64,000 bases of DNA from Hydrolagus colliei (taxonomy: Eukaryota). Location: positions 15,996,001 to 16,060,000 of the forward strand of contig CM068749.1 in NCBI GenBank assembly GCA_035084275.1, written 5' to 3'. A program made the position numbers and the translations under genes. Position 1 is the stretch's first letter, and each line of letters starts with the position of its first letter. The notes beneath the pieces were generated by a model, which saw only the letters and a program-made list of their open reading frames with translations, was not told where the DNA came from and did no database searches. Positions 25,173 to 38,661 of this stretch are shown in pieces.

Positions 25173-27950
25173 GGGTGATACTGGAAAGGCTTTTAAAACC
25201 AATGCATCCAGCAGTTGTGTTGCATGGTCAGTTTTCACTTTTAACTTCCATCCATCTGTTATTTACAGTATACTCCTGCTCCTAATGCTACTAAACCCTT
25301 TCCCATCACAGATCACTTTGAAGGTTGCTGTCTGAACAAGATTGTCTATTATATTGGGAAGAACAAAACTATCTCCTATTATGTAATGGCCTTTTCTTAA
25401 CCTCCACAAGTGTGCTGCTGTGTGCAAGCGAAAGCTCTCATTAAACAGAAGCAGAAATGGCACCTTTCTGTATTACTAGTTTGATCAAAATATAGAAATG
25501 GGCTGATCTTATTCCACTACTCTAACAATTGCCTTTGTACTGTAACATACATAACTAACAAAATACTGTAGTATGTAACCCCTTAAAGGAAATTTGGGGC
25601 CGCTAAGCTACTCTGGCCTGTATTCATTTTACCGTTGAATTTATTTTTATAGGAAGTTCATAATGACCATAAGTATTTAGAAAGGTGCTTTTAAAATCTC
25701 CCCCTTTCAAAAGGATTTATTACAAGGGTAAGAAATATTGATATAGTTATTGATAGAAATGTTCAATATGTTGTACAGAGGATCAAATGTTGAATTCTTC
25801 ACCATGAGGGGCTGTGCTATCTGTAGTTTAATTTTAGATCATTGGGTTGTCAACTCTGATAGATTGAATGTAAATTAAATGTAGCTGGTTTTTTTTTTGT
25901 ATTTTGGTTGTTCCTTCTGCTTCCGCACAAAGCCTTTGCCCATCACTGTTGTGGTTAGCTGACTGTTTTAAATTTAAATTCTATTTGAAAAGCATTTAGC
26001 TCTGTAGTCGGAGGTTTAGACGGTTTAAAAAGTGCAATTTTAAAACCATAATTGCATTTTATTACAGTGAATAGGATGTGGGATCTGATGACAATAAAAA
26101 ACTCAAAAGGCTTGTGTATATCGGATGATTTATCACACCAATGATTATTTCAACATTCCACTTTGTCTAGTGCTAGAAAAAAAATCGTTGACATGCTTGT
26201 AAGAAAAAAATACAAATGTCCCCGAGTTCATTATTGCCTAATTAGCCTGTGAAGAATCCTCTGAGAAATGTTTCGAACTGCAAAGCTGTTAAAGCTCTTC
26301 TGCTGGTGGTGAGACTGGCTGAATTACAGTCATCGAGGCGTTCAGTACTGCATTTCATCTTTCACGAGGCACTCGTGGCTCAGGTCACTCAGTTAATATA
26401 GATCAGTGTGAAGGCCCGTCACATTAACACTTTAAGGAAAATTTGATCTTAATGTTTTAGGCACAATGTTACATTGTGAGCTGAAGAGTTGAGAATTCAG
26501 ATGACGACTGTATTGCTTATCAAATTCAATAGGAGTGCTCTATATTTCTTGCCAAAAAAAACTCTCCTTCGGCTTTTCTGTTAATTGGCGCTCCAAAATA
26601 GTTAAAAATTCCCTTAGACTCTAGTCTTGTGAGTACCAATTAAAACAACGTGACCTGTCCCCTTACTCTACCCCTGATTAACAACCATCGTGATTATCCT
26701 TTGAAGGGTTAAATTTGCTTCACGGTTCAGGTAATAGAGTTGCTTTATTTAATATTGGCTTTTTCGCCCGCCCGCTCGCCCATCCAGCCTCTGCGAACTC
26801 TGACCTTTTATAATAGTGGTGAACATAAGTAGTTACAATAAGTTAATTAAATTTGTATTTTTAGAAACTAAGGACAGAGTCCATCTCTGAAGGTTAATTT
26901 CTGTCCCTCTTGGTCACGTACAATATGTATCAGGATGACCCAAACTGAATCCAATCCCTCTGGATTTTATATGACAAGTCCTCTCTCTCTCTCCACCCCC
27001 CCCTTTCCTGTTGTTGGTATTAAATTACTTGCCCCATGCATTTGTTGTCTTTTGGATTTGCAGCTGATAGGAATTTTGCATTAGCTGTTGATAGTGGCCT
27101 GATTCAGAGCTTCAACTTTACACTCAGGGCAACACCAGCAGTGTTTTGGTGTGAATTAAAACTGTGCTGGTTTCTCCCAGAGCTGCTTTAAACTATAACT
27201 CGGACCAAGCAGACATTATAGATTTGCTCTTCACACAAATATTATATAAGAATCAGTTACTATTTGCACCCCTTGTCCTACCAGATCATTTGTGGACGAT
27301 ACTGTGGCGTGATAGACTTCAGTATGACCTGTTTTTAAATGAACTGATGAAGCTGTTGATTACTGTCTGCTGAAGGACATCATTGATGCTTATTGTTTTG
27401 ATTTCATGTGAGGGGACATCTTATTTTTGTGGCCTGCCAGGCATCTGTGTACCAACTGACCCTGCCATTTCAGCTGCGGAAAGACTTATCTCTGAAATGA
27501 GGTCTGATATAAACACGATAAGCTTATTTGGCGGCCCATTTCTGGACGATGAATAAAACATTTGACAACATCATTTGAGCTGAGGGGCTTGCAATCTGCT
27601 TGCAACAAGACCAGCTCGAGAGCTCACTTCTAGCAACCATCGCTGATGGCACTGCCGAGTGCCTCACTGAGAATGCAGAACTGTGAGAGATGTGGTTAAC
27701 CTTATGTATCTGCTCACCCTTTGGAATTGTTACGAATAGGAAAAGTACCAAGAATGAGTAGAGGAAGAGAGAATTTGTTCTTGATCAATATCTGTTGGTT
27801 CAGGTTAGCTCATTTTACATTTTGTATGGAAAATCTATATTGTTGGACAGATATCCCATCGTAATCATTTTTAAAACGTGTAAATTATTACCCAGAAGAT
27901 TTCATCTCCGTTAATTTGGCCTGGCCCGTTGCAGTTAATTGGACATCATA

Positions 27951-28078
27951 TAATAAAATAATAATAATAATAATAATCCTTGCATTTGATATAGCGCTTT
28001 TCACATCTTATCGACGTCCCAAAGCGCTTCACAGAATATAATGTAAAGTGAATTGACTGTATATATTTGTGGGCGAAA
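27951..28078 (-). mobile_element. Family A SINE, 3' part with (AAT)n tail
   Basis: (aat)n ccttgcatttgatatagcgcttttcacatc…gtgaattgactgtata. Confidence 0.9.
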
Positions 28079-28164
28079 AGTCCACATCATGCAAAATATA
28101 AATTGACTAAAGTAGAAGATTGTACCATCAGGAGTTAAACCTTCACTATTGTACCAACCATTAT

Positions 28165-28318
28165 GTCTGTGTCTCTTGTTGTTTCTCTCTACCTCTCTTG
28201 TTCTCTCTCTCTCTGCCTCATTTGCACTCTTTCCGCTACTCTCTCAGTGCCTATTTTTGTCTCTCTCGCTCTTCCAATACCCCTCTCTCTCTCTCTCTGA
28301 CTTTCTCTTTCTCTCTCG
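28165..28318. repeat. CT-rich low-complexity tract
   Basis: Interrupted (CT)n runs. Confidence 0.8.
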
Positions 28319-30704
28319 TAGTGTGGATCACTCATGTATTACTGTATAAGCGTCTAATTTGCAATGTTTTAAAGAGATCTCTTTCTTTTTATAATGAAAT
28401 CCAAAACACCCACATGGAGACAGCATGGACCAACAAGAACCCAGCTTCCATGCAATCTGTTTGGAATTCCAATTAAAAATCCTACAATTTAGAGAACCCA
28501 TAAAACACCAGCTTTTGACCTATTTTCATCAATAATATTTTTTAAACCACATTACAGAATCAGTCTGTCGTTTTATTTGAAAATATTGAGATTACTCTTC
28601 ATTAAAAATGACTGCAAGCTCACACTTGAATGTGTACACTGCATGACTAGGAATGTATTTAAAATAAAAATACCAAGAAAGGTAGATGGATTTAAATTAT
28701 ATTTGAAATTAGAGTTAAATGTTTAAATAATTATTAATTTAAGAGTTTTCCCATTTTAAAAAAATCACAGTCAATTGAGAAATACTATCTGTTAGAGTTA
28801 GTTTTCATATCCTAACCAGTGACAATTCTCTGCTGTTCAGTCTGCTTTGTCATAACGTTTTAGGAAAAAAATCAAATACTCGGGTATGTGTAAATCTTGG
28901 ATAGGAAGAAGTGACCATTTTGCTACACAAGGAAGTCTGGGGTTTGTGTTATCATCTTTGCTAGTCAGCCTTGAGTGAAGGATCCCCATGGTTTTAACAA
29001 AGCATCAGCTACAGAACTGGTCCATCAGTCCATTAACTCGCTGACTGGAATGTGAGGGTGGACTGGCAGGTCATTTAAATACTGTACGCTGTGGTGTTTG
29101 GGCTGTGTCCAGTGATCAATGCCTCAATAGCAGAAAAGTCCATAACTGTCCATGGGTATCATACACAGTGAAGTAATTGAACATAGGTCAAAGCAAAAAA
29201 AACTTGCAAGGAAGCATGCATGTTTTATTAACCCTTTATGCTCTGTGCTACGTTTACAGTTTGGTTTTTGTGTAAGACGGTATGCAAGAGTGATGTTTGT
29301 GGAGCAAAAATGTGAATTTGGTGACAATGTTGTCCAGTCAACTAGGGCTGGTTTGGATTTCTGTTAACTCTGTCACAGTACAGTTAAAGATGTATGTGCT
29401 GTGATGTGGGAGTCATAGAAGTAGAAGCAACATGCAATATTGCAATAGTGCAATATATCTGCCCTGTGTGGGACAAACAGGCTTTGCTTTGAATGTGCAC
29501 AATGTAGATGACCCATCCTTGTATGAGGATGATTGTAGACAGACCTATGATGTCGCTCATGACCGGTGCTTACTCTCTGTTTTTCGTAGACTTATAGATA
29601 AAGAACAGCTCGGGTAAAACAGTTCACATGTCCTGTAGGATCTTGTAGCATGAATCTGTGGTTTCAAAGCAAATAGGCACTTGTTTGGAAAGGGGGCTAA
29701 TGTAAATATATAATTTACTCCTTGCCCATTTTTGACTTTTCCAAAAAATAGAAGTTTGCCACTGCAATGTTGTATTGTGTCCCTGTATCCTTTTCCAAAT
29801 TGCACCTCAGATCGGTGCCTACGATTATCGGAGCTGGTTATCCGTGCAATATGCTGAAAGCTTTTCTACGAGCATCATGACAAGCAAATTGGCCCATCCC
29901 TGTGCTTTGTTACAAGCAGAGCCAGACTTACTGACTCTTCCGTGCATGCAAAGAGGAATGATGTATTAAAGACAGCACTCGGGATTGGATATTTCCTGCT
30001 TGCCTAGGTCAATCATAAGTGCCCTATATGCATCTGAACCTTGTACACCCAGGCAAGCTGCGCCGGCCGGTATAGATGTAAGAAAAAATTGCTCTGACAT
30101 TTCCTATGGTTGGGGTGATGCTTGTTAGCTGAATAGCAATTCAGCAGATCTCAATTCTTTTTTTATGTCTTAACACGCATTCTGTAAGTTCATCAGCGGA
30201 CAACTGTCAACTTTTTCCTCAGATTGCACAAAATCGTGCAATGTGTAAAACTTAGTTTATTACCCCAGAATGAATTTGATGTTTAAAAAAAATGAACGTG
30301 TGGTTTGAGCCACTTTTTGTTTGAGGTGGGGTGTGGGGGGGAAAGTATCGATCTGTGCATTGTGTGTATCGGGCATGCAGAAAATTGATTGACTGTAATA
30401 TTCAAATCTATGAAATCAAATGATTTAGGGATGAAGTTAGATTGGAGTATATGGAAGAAGTTTTGAAAGATATGGAGAGAGGGGAAGTGTAACTGCAGAA
30501 CATTTTTATAGAAGAGCTGGGAGAAAATCAGCCTCAGTGAACAACCAGCAGGGAAGGATCAGCATAATGAGGAATTATAGCGCAGACCGAATGAAAATCA
30601 GCAATGAATCTGGTGGAATTGAGAAGACACTGCACAAACTACACACATAACCACTGTTATTGAAAGGGTAACATGAGATTAAGATTCATAGTTTTATAGT
30701 TTAC

Positions 30705-30813
30705 GTCCACAAAATGCACAGCCAAATTTACTTTACAGTACATTCTGTGAAACGCTTTGAGGCATCTCAAACATGATAAGGCACTATATCAAATGCAAGG
30801 ATTATTATTATTA
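30705..30813 (+). mobile_element. Family A SINE, 3' part
   Basis: ctttacagtacattctgtgaaacgctttgag…tatatcaaatgcaaggattattattatt. Confidence 0.85.
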
Positions 30814-31268
30814 CATGTTTTTGCAGTCACAAATTTACAGAAGGCAAACAGTATTTCCCACTCTCCCCAAAGTTACATTACGTGATTTTTTTTGTAATTT
30901 AAAAGACATTCCAGGACCAATTTCTGTGCTCGAATAAAACTGCAAGTAAGACTGGAACATACAGCTCTTCAAGCATCTTTCTCCTCAATAGGAAGAACTG
31001 TAAATTTTGTATGTCACAATGTTTTTCTCCTTTGGTTAAGGGTGGGAGAGTCACACTAATTCCTCTCTTGGCCGCCAGAATGAGTGATGGATTGAGGATG
31101 TAACATGCTTTCCCTCCCCCACTCTTCCACTTCCTTGTCAAAAGATTATGGGGCAAAGTTATTTCTTGATGCTTTAAATAAAGTAAATAATCCCAATGGA
31201 AACATCAAGTGAAAGGTGGCTACATGGAAGGGAATTTCAGAGAAAGTATTCGGTCAACTGAGTGTCTT

Positions 31269-31430
31269 GGCTCAACTTGTAGTTCTCTCTCGCCTCTGAG
31301 ACAGAGGGTTGTGGATCCCAGTCCTGCGGTAGGACCCGAGCTTATTGTTTATAGACTGACATTTCAATTCAGTGCTGGGGGAGCAATGCATAGTCAGAGA
31401 TACTGTACTTCAGATGAGACATTGAACTGA
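31269..31430 (+). mobile_element. Old DeuSINE 5' part
   Basis: ctctcgcctctgagacagagggttgtgg…cttcagatgagacattgaactga matches the head of the 21785 and 24695 copies. Confidence 0.65.
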
Positions 31431-33149
31431 ATATGTGAGCAGCTCAATCACAAACTATTAAATAGAAAAGAAAATTCCTTGCATCGAAATATCTTAGTTT
31501 GATCTGTCCATTTCCTCAATGTTTATTGATTCGGAACTGAACGCAGATATGTGAAGTGAATATTTAAATATTCCCACTGCATTTTGCAAGACTTTAAAAA
31601 AAAAACTGATTTAACATTACGGTCCTTGTTACTTGCTTGGAAAGTTTTTGTTACAGATAATGCATCCACCACAGCTCGTACTATTGTTTGGGTTTCTATT
31701 CAATTGGCTGAAGTTTGTGGCATCTCATATTGTGTTCCCCAAACAAATTATTATGAATCACCATAAACTGTAAGCCTTTGTGTGATTTCCTTTTTATACA
31801 ACAGCAGGCGTGACCAGTGTTATGAAGTTTCATGATGGGAAGATGGTAGAGTGGTTATTCTGAAAGGATGAGATCAAATGGGCCAAAAGGGCTTCTTCAT
31901 TCAAACCGATCTTGTGATCTTGCCAAACAGGGTGTCACATTCTCTTCTATATAAAAACACATGAAGCCAATGTTTCTTTAAGTGCCAACAACCAGCCATC
32001 ACATTATAACATTTAACAGTGAGTTTAAAAAAAGTAGTGGAAGCCTGCAGCTATGAAAGCTCAGTGTATACACACATCAACATAAATAACATGCTCGGAT
32101 GCTACATTTAACCTTATCAACTAACATTTGTTTAGACAGTTAACAATGACATTCATCTATTTACATTATTATTAGAGATAATTGTGGGTTAAGAGCTTTA
32201 CAAATTACTGCTGCTTTAGTTTGGGTGCAAAATTAGTAAGAGTAAATTATATGCATCTATTAACTTTCAGTTTCTTTAAAGGCTTGCTTAATTTATTATT
32301 GTTCAGTGTTTGCATTGCGAAGAATGCTGGCAAGAAATACTGTCATCTTGAATATAAGGTGATGGCTTCATGCTAACACAAGACTGGGGATGTGACCAGT
32401 GTAAAGGCACAAAGAAATCAACCTTAATTAATGTGAGTGCCAGCACTGTGTACAATTACACAGCATGAGAGCTTGTATGCATCTTTTCAATAGCCGATTG
32501 TTTTCAGAGTTGCACATACTCATTAATACAAAGGAACTAAGCAGTGGTGGCACTGAGATACAGTTTGTAGTTGGAGTGATTTTCTCATGTTGATTTTCCT
32601 ACACGTTATATATATTTTTCTGAACAACACGCATGCATGTAATCATTTTTGTGTTGTGCATTTTTATAGCTGCGTTTCTTAAATTTATCTAATGTTTTCA
32701 TACAATGCTAATGCCGCAAATACGGCTTCAGAATTCATTCAAGTACAATTTGGGAATGAATATTATACCATCATTACCACATATATGAAAATAATGCTTG
32801 AGATATGTGCTAAAATATGCAAGAGGTTTCAACAGCAGCATAAGACATAAGGCAGCATAAGATGCCGATTCTCTCCCAAAGTATGCAGTCATCGTTAATT
32901 ATTTCAGATATGTATAAGGTTAGGCAGATGTTGCTATAACTGAAAATGTTAAGATAAATTCCAATTTTTTACATTTTTAAAAAGAAAATAACTTTTTGTG
33001 AAAAAGTTTTCAAACCACAAAATGATTTTCTGTTTTTCGTGTTTAAGACCAGATCTCAATTAATATCATAGATATTTCAACATGCCCAGAAGCAATAAAT
33101 GGTAATTGTGCACTTCAGCAGATAAATGCTCCATTCACTATTTACATAA

Positions 33150-33516
33150 ATAATAAAAACAATAATCATCCTTGCATTTGATATTGCACCTCATCACATC
33201 TAAGAGACTTCTCAAAGAACTTCTCAGAACATACTGTGAAGTGAATTGACTGTATATTTTGTGGGCAAAACATGACAACCATTTGCACACTGCAATGTCC
33301 CACAAATATTTGTGGATTGAGAGACCAAATTGTTTTTAAAAAAAGAGATTATCATCCCCGGAAAAGCGATCCGCCAATCGACTGACAACCAGGTTGCTAG
33401 GTTAACAGAGGCATGTGGGCTGAGGAAACTTGCCCAACGTTTCACCCTGCCCGGGAATCAAATGCAAGTCCTCTCACTCGTGAGGCAAATGCTCTAACCA
33501 TAAGCTACAGGACTCC
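33150..33516 (-). mobile_element. Family A SINE, longest copy in the window
   Basis: Head ggagtcctgtagcttatggttagagc on the - strand and tail caaatgcaaggatgattatt. Retains an extra central segment at ~33355-33420. Confidence 0.9.
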
Positions 33517-35374
33517 ATTAATTAAATATCCTCCTAGTCAGATTTTAATGCTTTAAATTTCAAGCTTTGTTCTACAACACACTCGATTTTATATGTTATA
33601 CATATTCAGTATACTGAAGATATAACCTTATTTCTGTATAAGGAGGCAAACTAATAATGATTTTGAGTTCTGTATGCGCACACTTCCTTGTACAGTTTAC
33701 CATGTCAAAATCTGAGCAGCATGCATTTCCTTTTATGATTCAATAAAATACATCATCTGCTTGTTGAACTTTATTTTTGACAAAAGCGTTCTCCCTAAAA
33801 TGAAAGAAAATACAAGCAAGGAGGCCTGCTGTGCTGCCTGCCCAAAGAACATGTTAAATCTGTTTTTTTTTGTTCGTAATATACAATGGAGCACTGAGGA
33901 GAACACTTTTAAATGACTAAGTGTTAAAAAAAATTGGCTGCTTTAGGGCATAAAAAGATGATAATCTGGTCTCGCTCCCCCCTCTCGCTTGGAGACTTTA
34001 GCTGTTTTGTATCCTTTTTCATTATCTCAGGAAGCATGAACTGTAATAGAATTTACATAAAATTCCTCTTGTATAGCAGGGCAGGTCCATCACAACTCAA
34101 CTGCCCCTCCTAATCCAATAATCTTGAATGTGGTTGGCATGGCAGTTGTCAAACTCAAACAGTAGGGATCTCTTTAGCAAAGAAAAGTATGAATTTGATC
34201 TTAAAAAAAAATGAGCAGAGGTCATTTATTTTACCCAGGATGCTTCCTCGTGCTGTGTTTACTTGGGAAGTCTAGTAGGAGGCTTTATTAAGCGGTTTCA
34301 GAAATCATCTCGAAAACCAATTATCTCGGTTTAGATAAGGAAAAAGCCACAAAAGAGCTTATAGAAATGAAAATGTAAATTCTCAGTGTTGAGTGTCTGT
34401 GGGATATCAATGGACCCTGAATCCCTTATGATTACACAAGGAACTCTCGCCAAGCTCTATATCCTTTGTCACCAGGGTACCAACCCCTTGATTGTGTATA
34501 AAATAAAAAAGCCAGCACTAAATCACTGGGAGTTATCGGTGGGATCAAGGCTCAGCTGTAAATTCGACCACATTGCTATAGTGCGGAGAGATGACTGGAA
34601 ATATCTGATTAAAGCGTGCAATGCTGCTGAGGTAGCTGTGTTTCCATAGCAATCGTGATGAAATGTGCAAGTTGTGAGATATTTAAATCTATCCCTTTCG
34701 TCATTTTTGACAGTCACTTTACAACTGATAGACATATTCCACAATGTTATTGATAAAAGCATACATGTTGTGGAACAAATATGAACTTGATTTTCTCCCA
34801 GCCCCTTTGTCTGGGAGCACCGCATTCCTTCCGGATGAGTTTCATATCACAAAAGATATAGGCTTATCCTTGGTATGACCTATAGTGTGCGCAGAAAATG
34901 TTTGCCTCTTTATTTCTTTTTCTCAGGGAAGAGCTGACTAAGGCACACTCTACTCCTAGTCCTGTTTGCATGTTGGTTCTTCAGTCAGAACTCGCTGCAG
35001 GCTTCCTACAGCAACAGGAACTAGCAGAAAGTACTGCCCTCTTCAGACCTTTGTAATAAATAACAGTTTTGTACCTGCGTTGCTTCAGTGGTTATATGCA
35101 TTAGTACGCAGCTACAGAGAAAACAGTGCAGACTGTTGCCACAGGTATATTTTTATTATAAGTAAACATCATGAAATTGTTGTCAAGTGTCTTCAAATTG
35201 CCCGGAAAAATCACTGTACCTTCAATAATTGACAAATAATTGCATTCTGATGTTTAATGCAGCACTGTGTGTCTCCTCAGAGCCTGCTGCTCTTTTGTTG
35301 TGCATTATATATGTGAATGTTTTCTAAATCCTCCTTGGCTAATCTTTTTGTTTTTTTCTGATTCTGTTTTGCAG

Positions 35375-35424
35375 GACTGTTTGATGTTGCAACAAGATGC
35401 TGAAATCCACATCTTTTAAATGCG
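35375..35424 (+). other. Candidate 50-nt internal exon (likely 5'UTR)
   Basis: Branch-point-like ctaat, long pyrimidine tract tctttttgtttttttctgattctgttttgcag, and donor GCG|GTGAGT. Confidence 0.55.
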
Positions 35425-37006
35425 GTGAGTTACAAACCTGTCTTGTTCTCTTTTTCAAAAAGCAAATTACTGTACAGTATTATGGAAATAAACTAGTTTT
35501 CACTGTTCCAATAATCATAAATGGGTGATTTACTCAGACGTAAAATATATTTTCTTTGTCTTGGTGGAAAATTGTAAAGCAATTATTCCTTAGGATTGTG
35601 GATCTCACTTGGGATTTTGGTGTCATGTAAGTTTTGGTTCATTTCATGAGAGTAATATTCATCTTAATTAGCAAAACAATTTATGATCTTTTCTTCCTTC
35701 ACAAGAGGGAGTGCATCTCCGGGCACTAATCATCAGCACTAGATTATCCTGACAAATGGAAATATCTCATTGTAGTTTGCGAGCACCGCTGTCCACCTTC
35801 AGATGGGTAACTTCACAGTTAGGCACCTACACGTCAAGTCAGGACAGCGTGGCGTTGATGAGTGGCCGCCCGATTGTATCTGTCACTGGAACACTGTACG
35901 ACACCATGCCAGCTCCAATGCCAATGAGATAAAATCTCATTGATGAACAGTCAATATCGCTGATTTATGTTTGCCGCACTTCCCAGATCACAGCCACCCT
36001 CGGCTGCAAGACTTAGAACCCGTTGTCCTATGCTTCATAAAATGAAATGAAAAGAACACAACACATTTACTGCTGGTAGTAAAGAGGAACACATGTTCAA
36101 GTCTCCTGCGAGGTGCATCAGAATTTGTACATGTACTGTTACGGCAGCACCCAAAAACCTTTTGCAAGCATTACAGAGTGAATGCAATCGATTGGTTAAC
36201 ACAGATTACGTTATTCTGTGTATGTTTAGATTGCAATATATTTTTCTCGTCTAGGCTGAAATAGTTAACTGCAATTCAAATGCTAGCATAGGTTCACAGG
36301 TTTATGGGCTGTGTTTTTAACATGATAGTCAAAGAATGATGCGCAGTAAATACGTTGTTGCTGTGCTTATTAGCCCAGAGGGAGTGTAGTTAAACAAAGA
36401 GCCAGCAGTCTTTTAATTGTGTTCAAAGTGACAAAGTATTGTAGTGTTTACAATAACCAGATCATGTTCAAAGTAAAACATAACTGGAGCACATGGCATA
36501 GCAAATTAGAATAAATGACATGGGCATTTTTATGTCCCAAAGTAACACATCTACAGATAAAACCTGTTAACACTGGGAGACTGTGAGTCTTTCAGTAATG
36601 TGATACCGTTCTTCCTTGGCTTATCAGCAGCATTAAAACCAGAATACTTGATAACTGGAAGGGGCCTACAAACAGTACAGGAAAATAAATGGGAGAGTAC
36701 AAATTAAGTAGAGAAATCTTTCTAGAATCGGAAGCGTTGAGTAAGATTTGACTATTTTTCAAATTGTTTTCACCCATTTCAAACCACTTAGCACAGTGAC
36801 ATAATCCTCGAGCTGGGAGGTTGGAAATAAGGAGAGGCTGGCCCATCTCCAGCTAGGAGGACAGGAGTGAAGACAGACTTCTGTGCTTGTGCTGTCAGGG
36901 GAGTGTTGAATGATAAGCCAGTGGTGAAGGCATACCAAACCAGTAGCTCAGAGCAATGGCAGCCCTTTTCATAAGCCCTGCAATTAAACCATGCCTGTTT
37001 TGGCCG

Positions 37007-37025
37007 CACTCCACCTAGTGGCTAA
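37007..37025 (-). promoter_or_regulatory. Possible CTCF motif
   Basis: Reverse complement ttagCCACTAGGTGGAgtg has one mismatch to the core CCASYAGRKGGC. Motif match only. Confidence 0.25.
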
Positions 37026-37661
37026 GACAAGATGTGGTGAGAAGCATCCAAATGAGACAGCTGGGTGTCAATGGCCTCCAGGTCGGGACCCAAGTACTTT
37101 CTCACGTGCAGCACCAGATTGTTGTTTTCTGAGGGCTTTCTATCGTTCGTCTTTTTTTGTTTCCATCAGTTGCTACAGTGGCTCTAGACTTCAGCTGTCT
37201 TATTGATTAAATTGTGAGTGTTTATTTTGAACCATGAATGAAGATTGATTTGCTTTCTGTGACTGCCTCTATCAACAAGTTCAGATTCTTTAGAAGCAAT
37301 TTTAAAATGTGTTCAGTTTTTCATACACATTTGAATGGAACTGAATGTATTTTGCTTTTATGTGCAACCAGCAGCATATCCATTAACCTCCTGAGGCCTG
37401 CAGTAACATTTCCAATCCGAAATACAAAATATAACGAGATTACAAGTTTGAACTTTTCGCAGTTAACCCTTTGAGGACCACTCTCGTAATTCCGCAGTCT
37501 TGAATGTGTACTTTGGCGATAGGTTCCAAACAAAAGGGAAATTTCTAATTCTGTTTCTCCAAGGCACTTTTTGTTGCCATGATCACAAGATCGGTTCAGA
37601 GTAGTGGAATCATTTTATTGCGCTTCCACCAGTGATTACACCATTGTTGGAGGGTATGAAG

Positions 37662-38661
37662 TAGGGAACGGCGATATGGGAATTTCCCGATATGGATATA
37701 TCGGTTGGCTCATATCGAGATATACCGAAATATCGATATTTTCAGTTTTTTCGTACTGCGCATGCGCGCGCGCATCGGAGTGCGCGCGCATTCCGGGCCA
37801 ATCTTCTCAGGAGGTAAATATCTTTCTCTCTATGTGTCTCTCACTCTCTCCATCTCTGTGTTTTTCTGTCTGTGTCTCTCTCCCTCTCTCACATCCCCCC
37901 CCCATCTCTATCTATCTGTATATTATCACATCCACCCCGTCTCTCCCCCCCCCACCCCCCGTCCCTCTCTCGCACCCCCCACCCCCGTCGTCTCTCTCCC
38001 CCACCACCCCCCCAGCTGTCTCTTTCTCCCTCCCCCCCACCCCCGCCGTCTCTCTCTCCCTCCCCCCCCAGCCGTCTCTCTCCCCCTCTCCTCCCCCCTC
38101 CCCCGCCGTCTCTCTCTCCCTCCCTCCCCCGCCGTCTCTCTCACCCTCTCCCCCCCAGCCGTCTCTCTCCCCCTCTCCCCCCCAGCCGTCTCTCTCCCCC
38201 TCTCCCCCCCAGCCATCTCTCTCCCCCTCTCCCCCCCAGCCATCTCTCTCCCCCTCTCCCCCCCAGCCGTCTCTCTCCCCCTCTCCCCCCCCAGCCGTCT
38301 CTCTCCCCTCTCCCCCTTCCCCCAGCCGTCTCTCTCACCCTCACCCCCCACCCCACCCCGGCCGTCTCTCTCCCCCTCACCCCCCCCCACCCACAGCCGT
38401 CTCTCTCCCCCCACCCCTTGCATACCTGTATATTGTATTCGAGGACGATGAATACAAGATGGCGGCTTTGCACCTCGGTCTGTGCATTGTGTATAGAGAT
38501 GAGCATTCTGGGTCTTGTAGTTGATTGTGCTCGCATCCCGATTTTTTACCTCGATATATCGTTTTTTCGATATATCGATATTTTTTAAATGCCTATATCG
38601 GCATATCGATATTAAAATTATATCGGGTTTTAGCGATATATCGATATATCGCCGTTCCCTA
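37662..38661. mobile_element. Young non-autonomous hAT-superfamily DNA transposon (MITE-like), 1000 bp
   Basis: Perfect 16-bp TIRs TAGGGAACGGCGATAT (37662-37677 / 38646-38661). Perfect 8-bp TSD GTATGAAG (37654-37661 / 38662-38669). Many subterminal ATATCG/CGATAT repeats and undecayed CpGs. Confidence 0.93.
37935..38415. repeat. C-rich minisatellite (~27-bp unit gccgtctctctccccctctccccccca) inside the hAT element
   Basis: Tandem units are directly visible and give the PSLSPSPPQ repeats in the ORF track. Confidence 0.9.

Noticed and set aside
37935-38415. Regularly spaced repeats superficially like a CRISPR array
   Set aside because: There are no unique spacers; it is a low-complexity tandem minisatellite in eukaryotic DNA with no cas genes.
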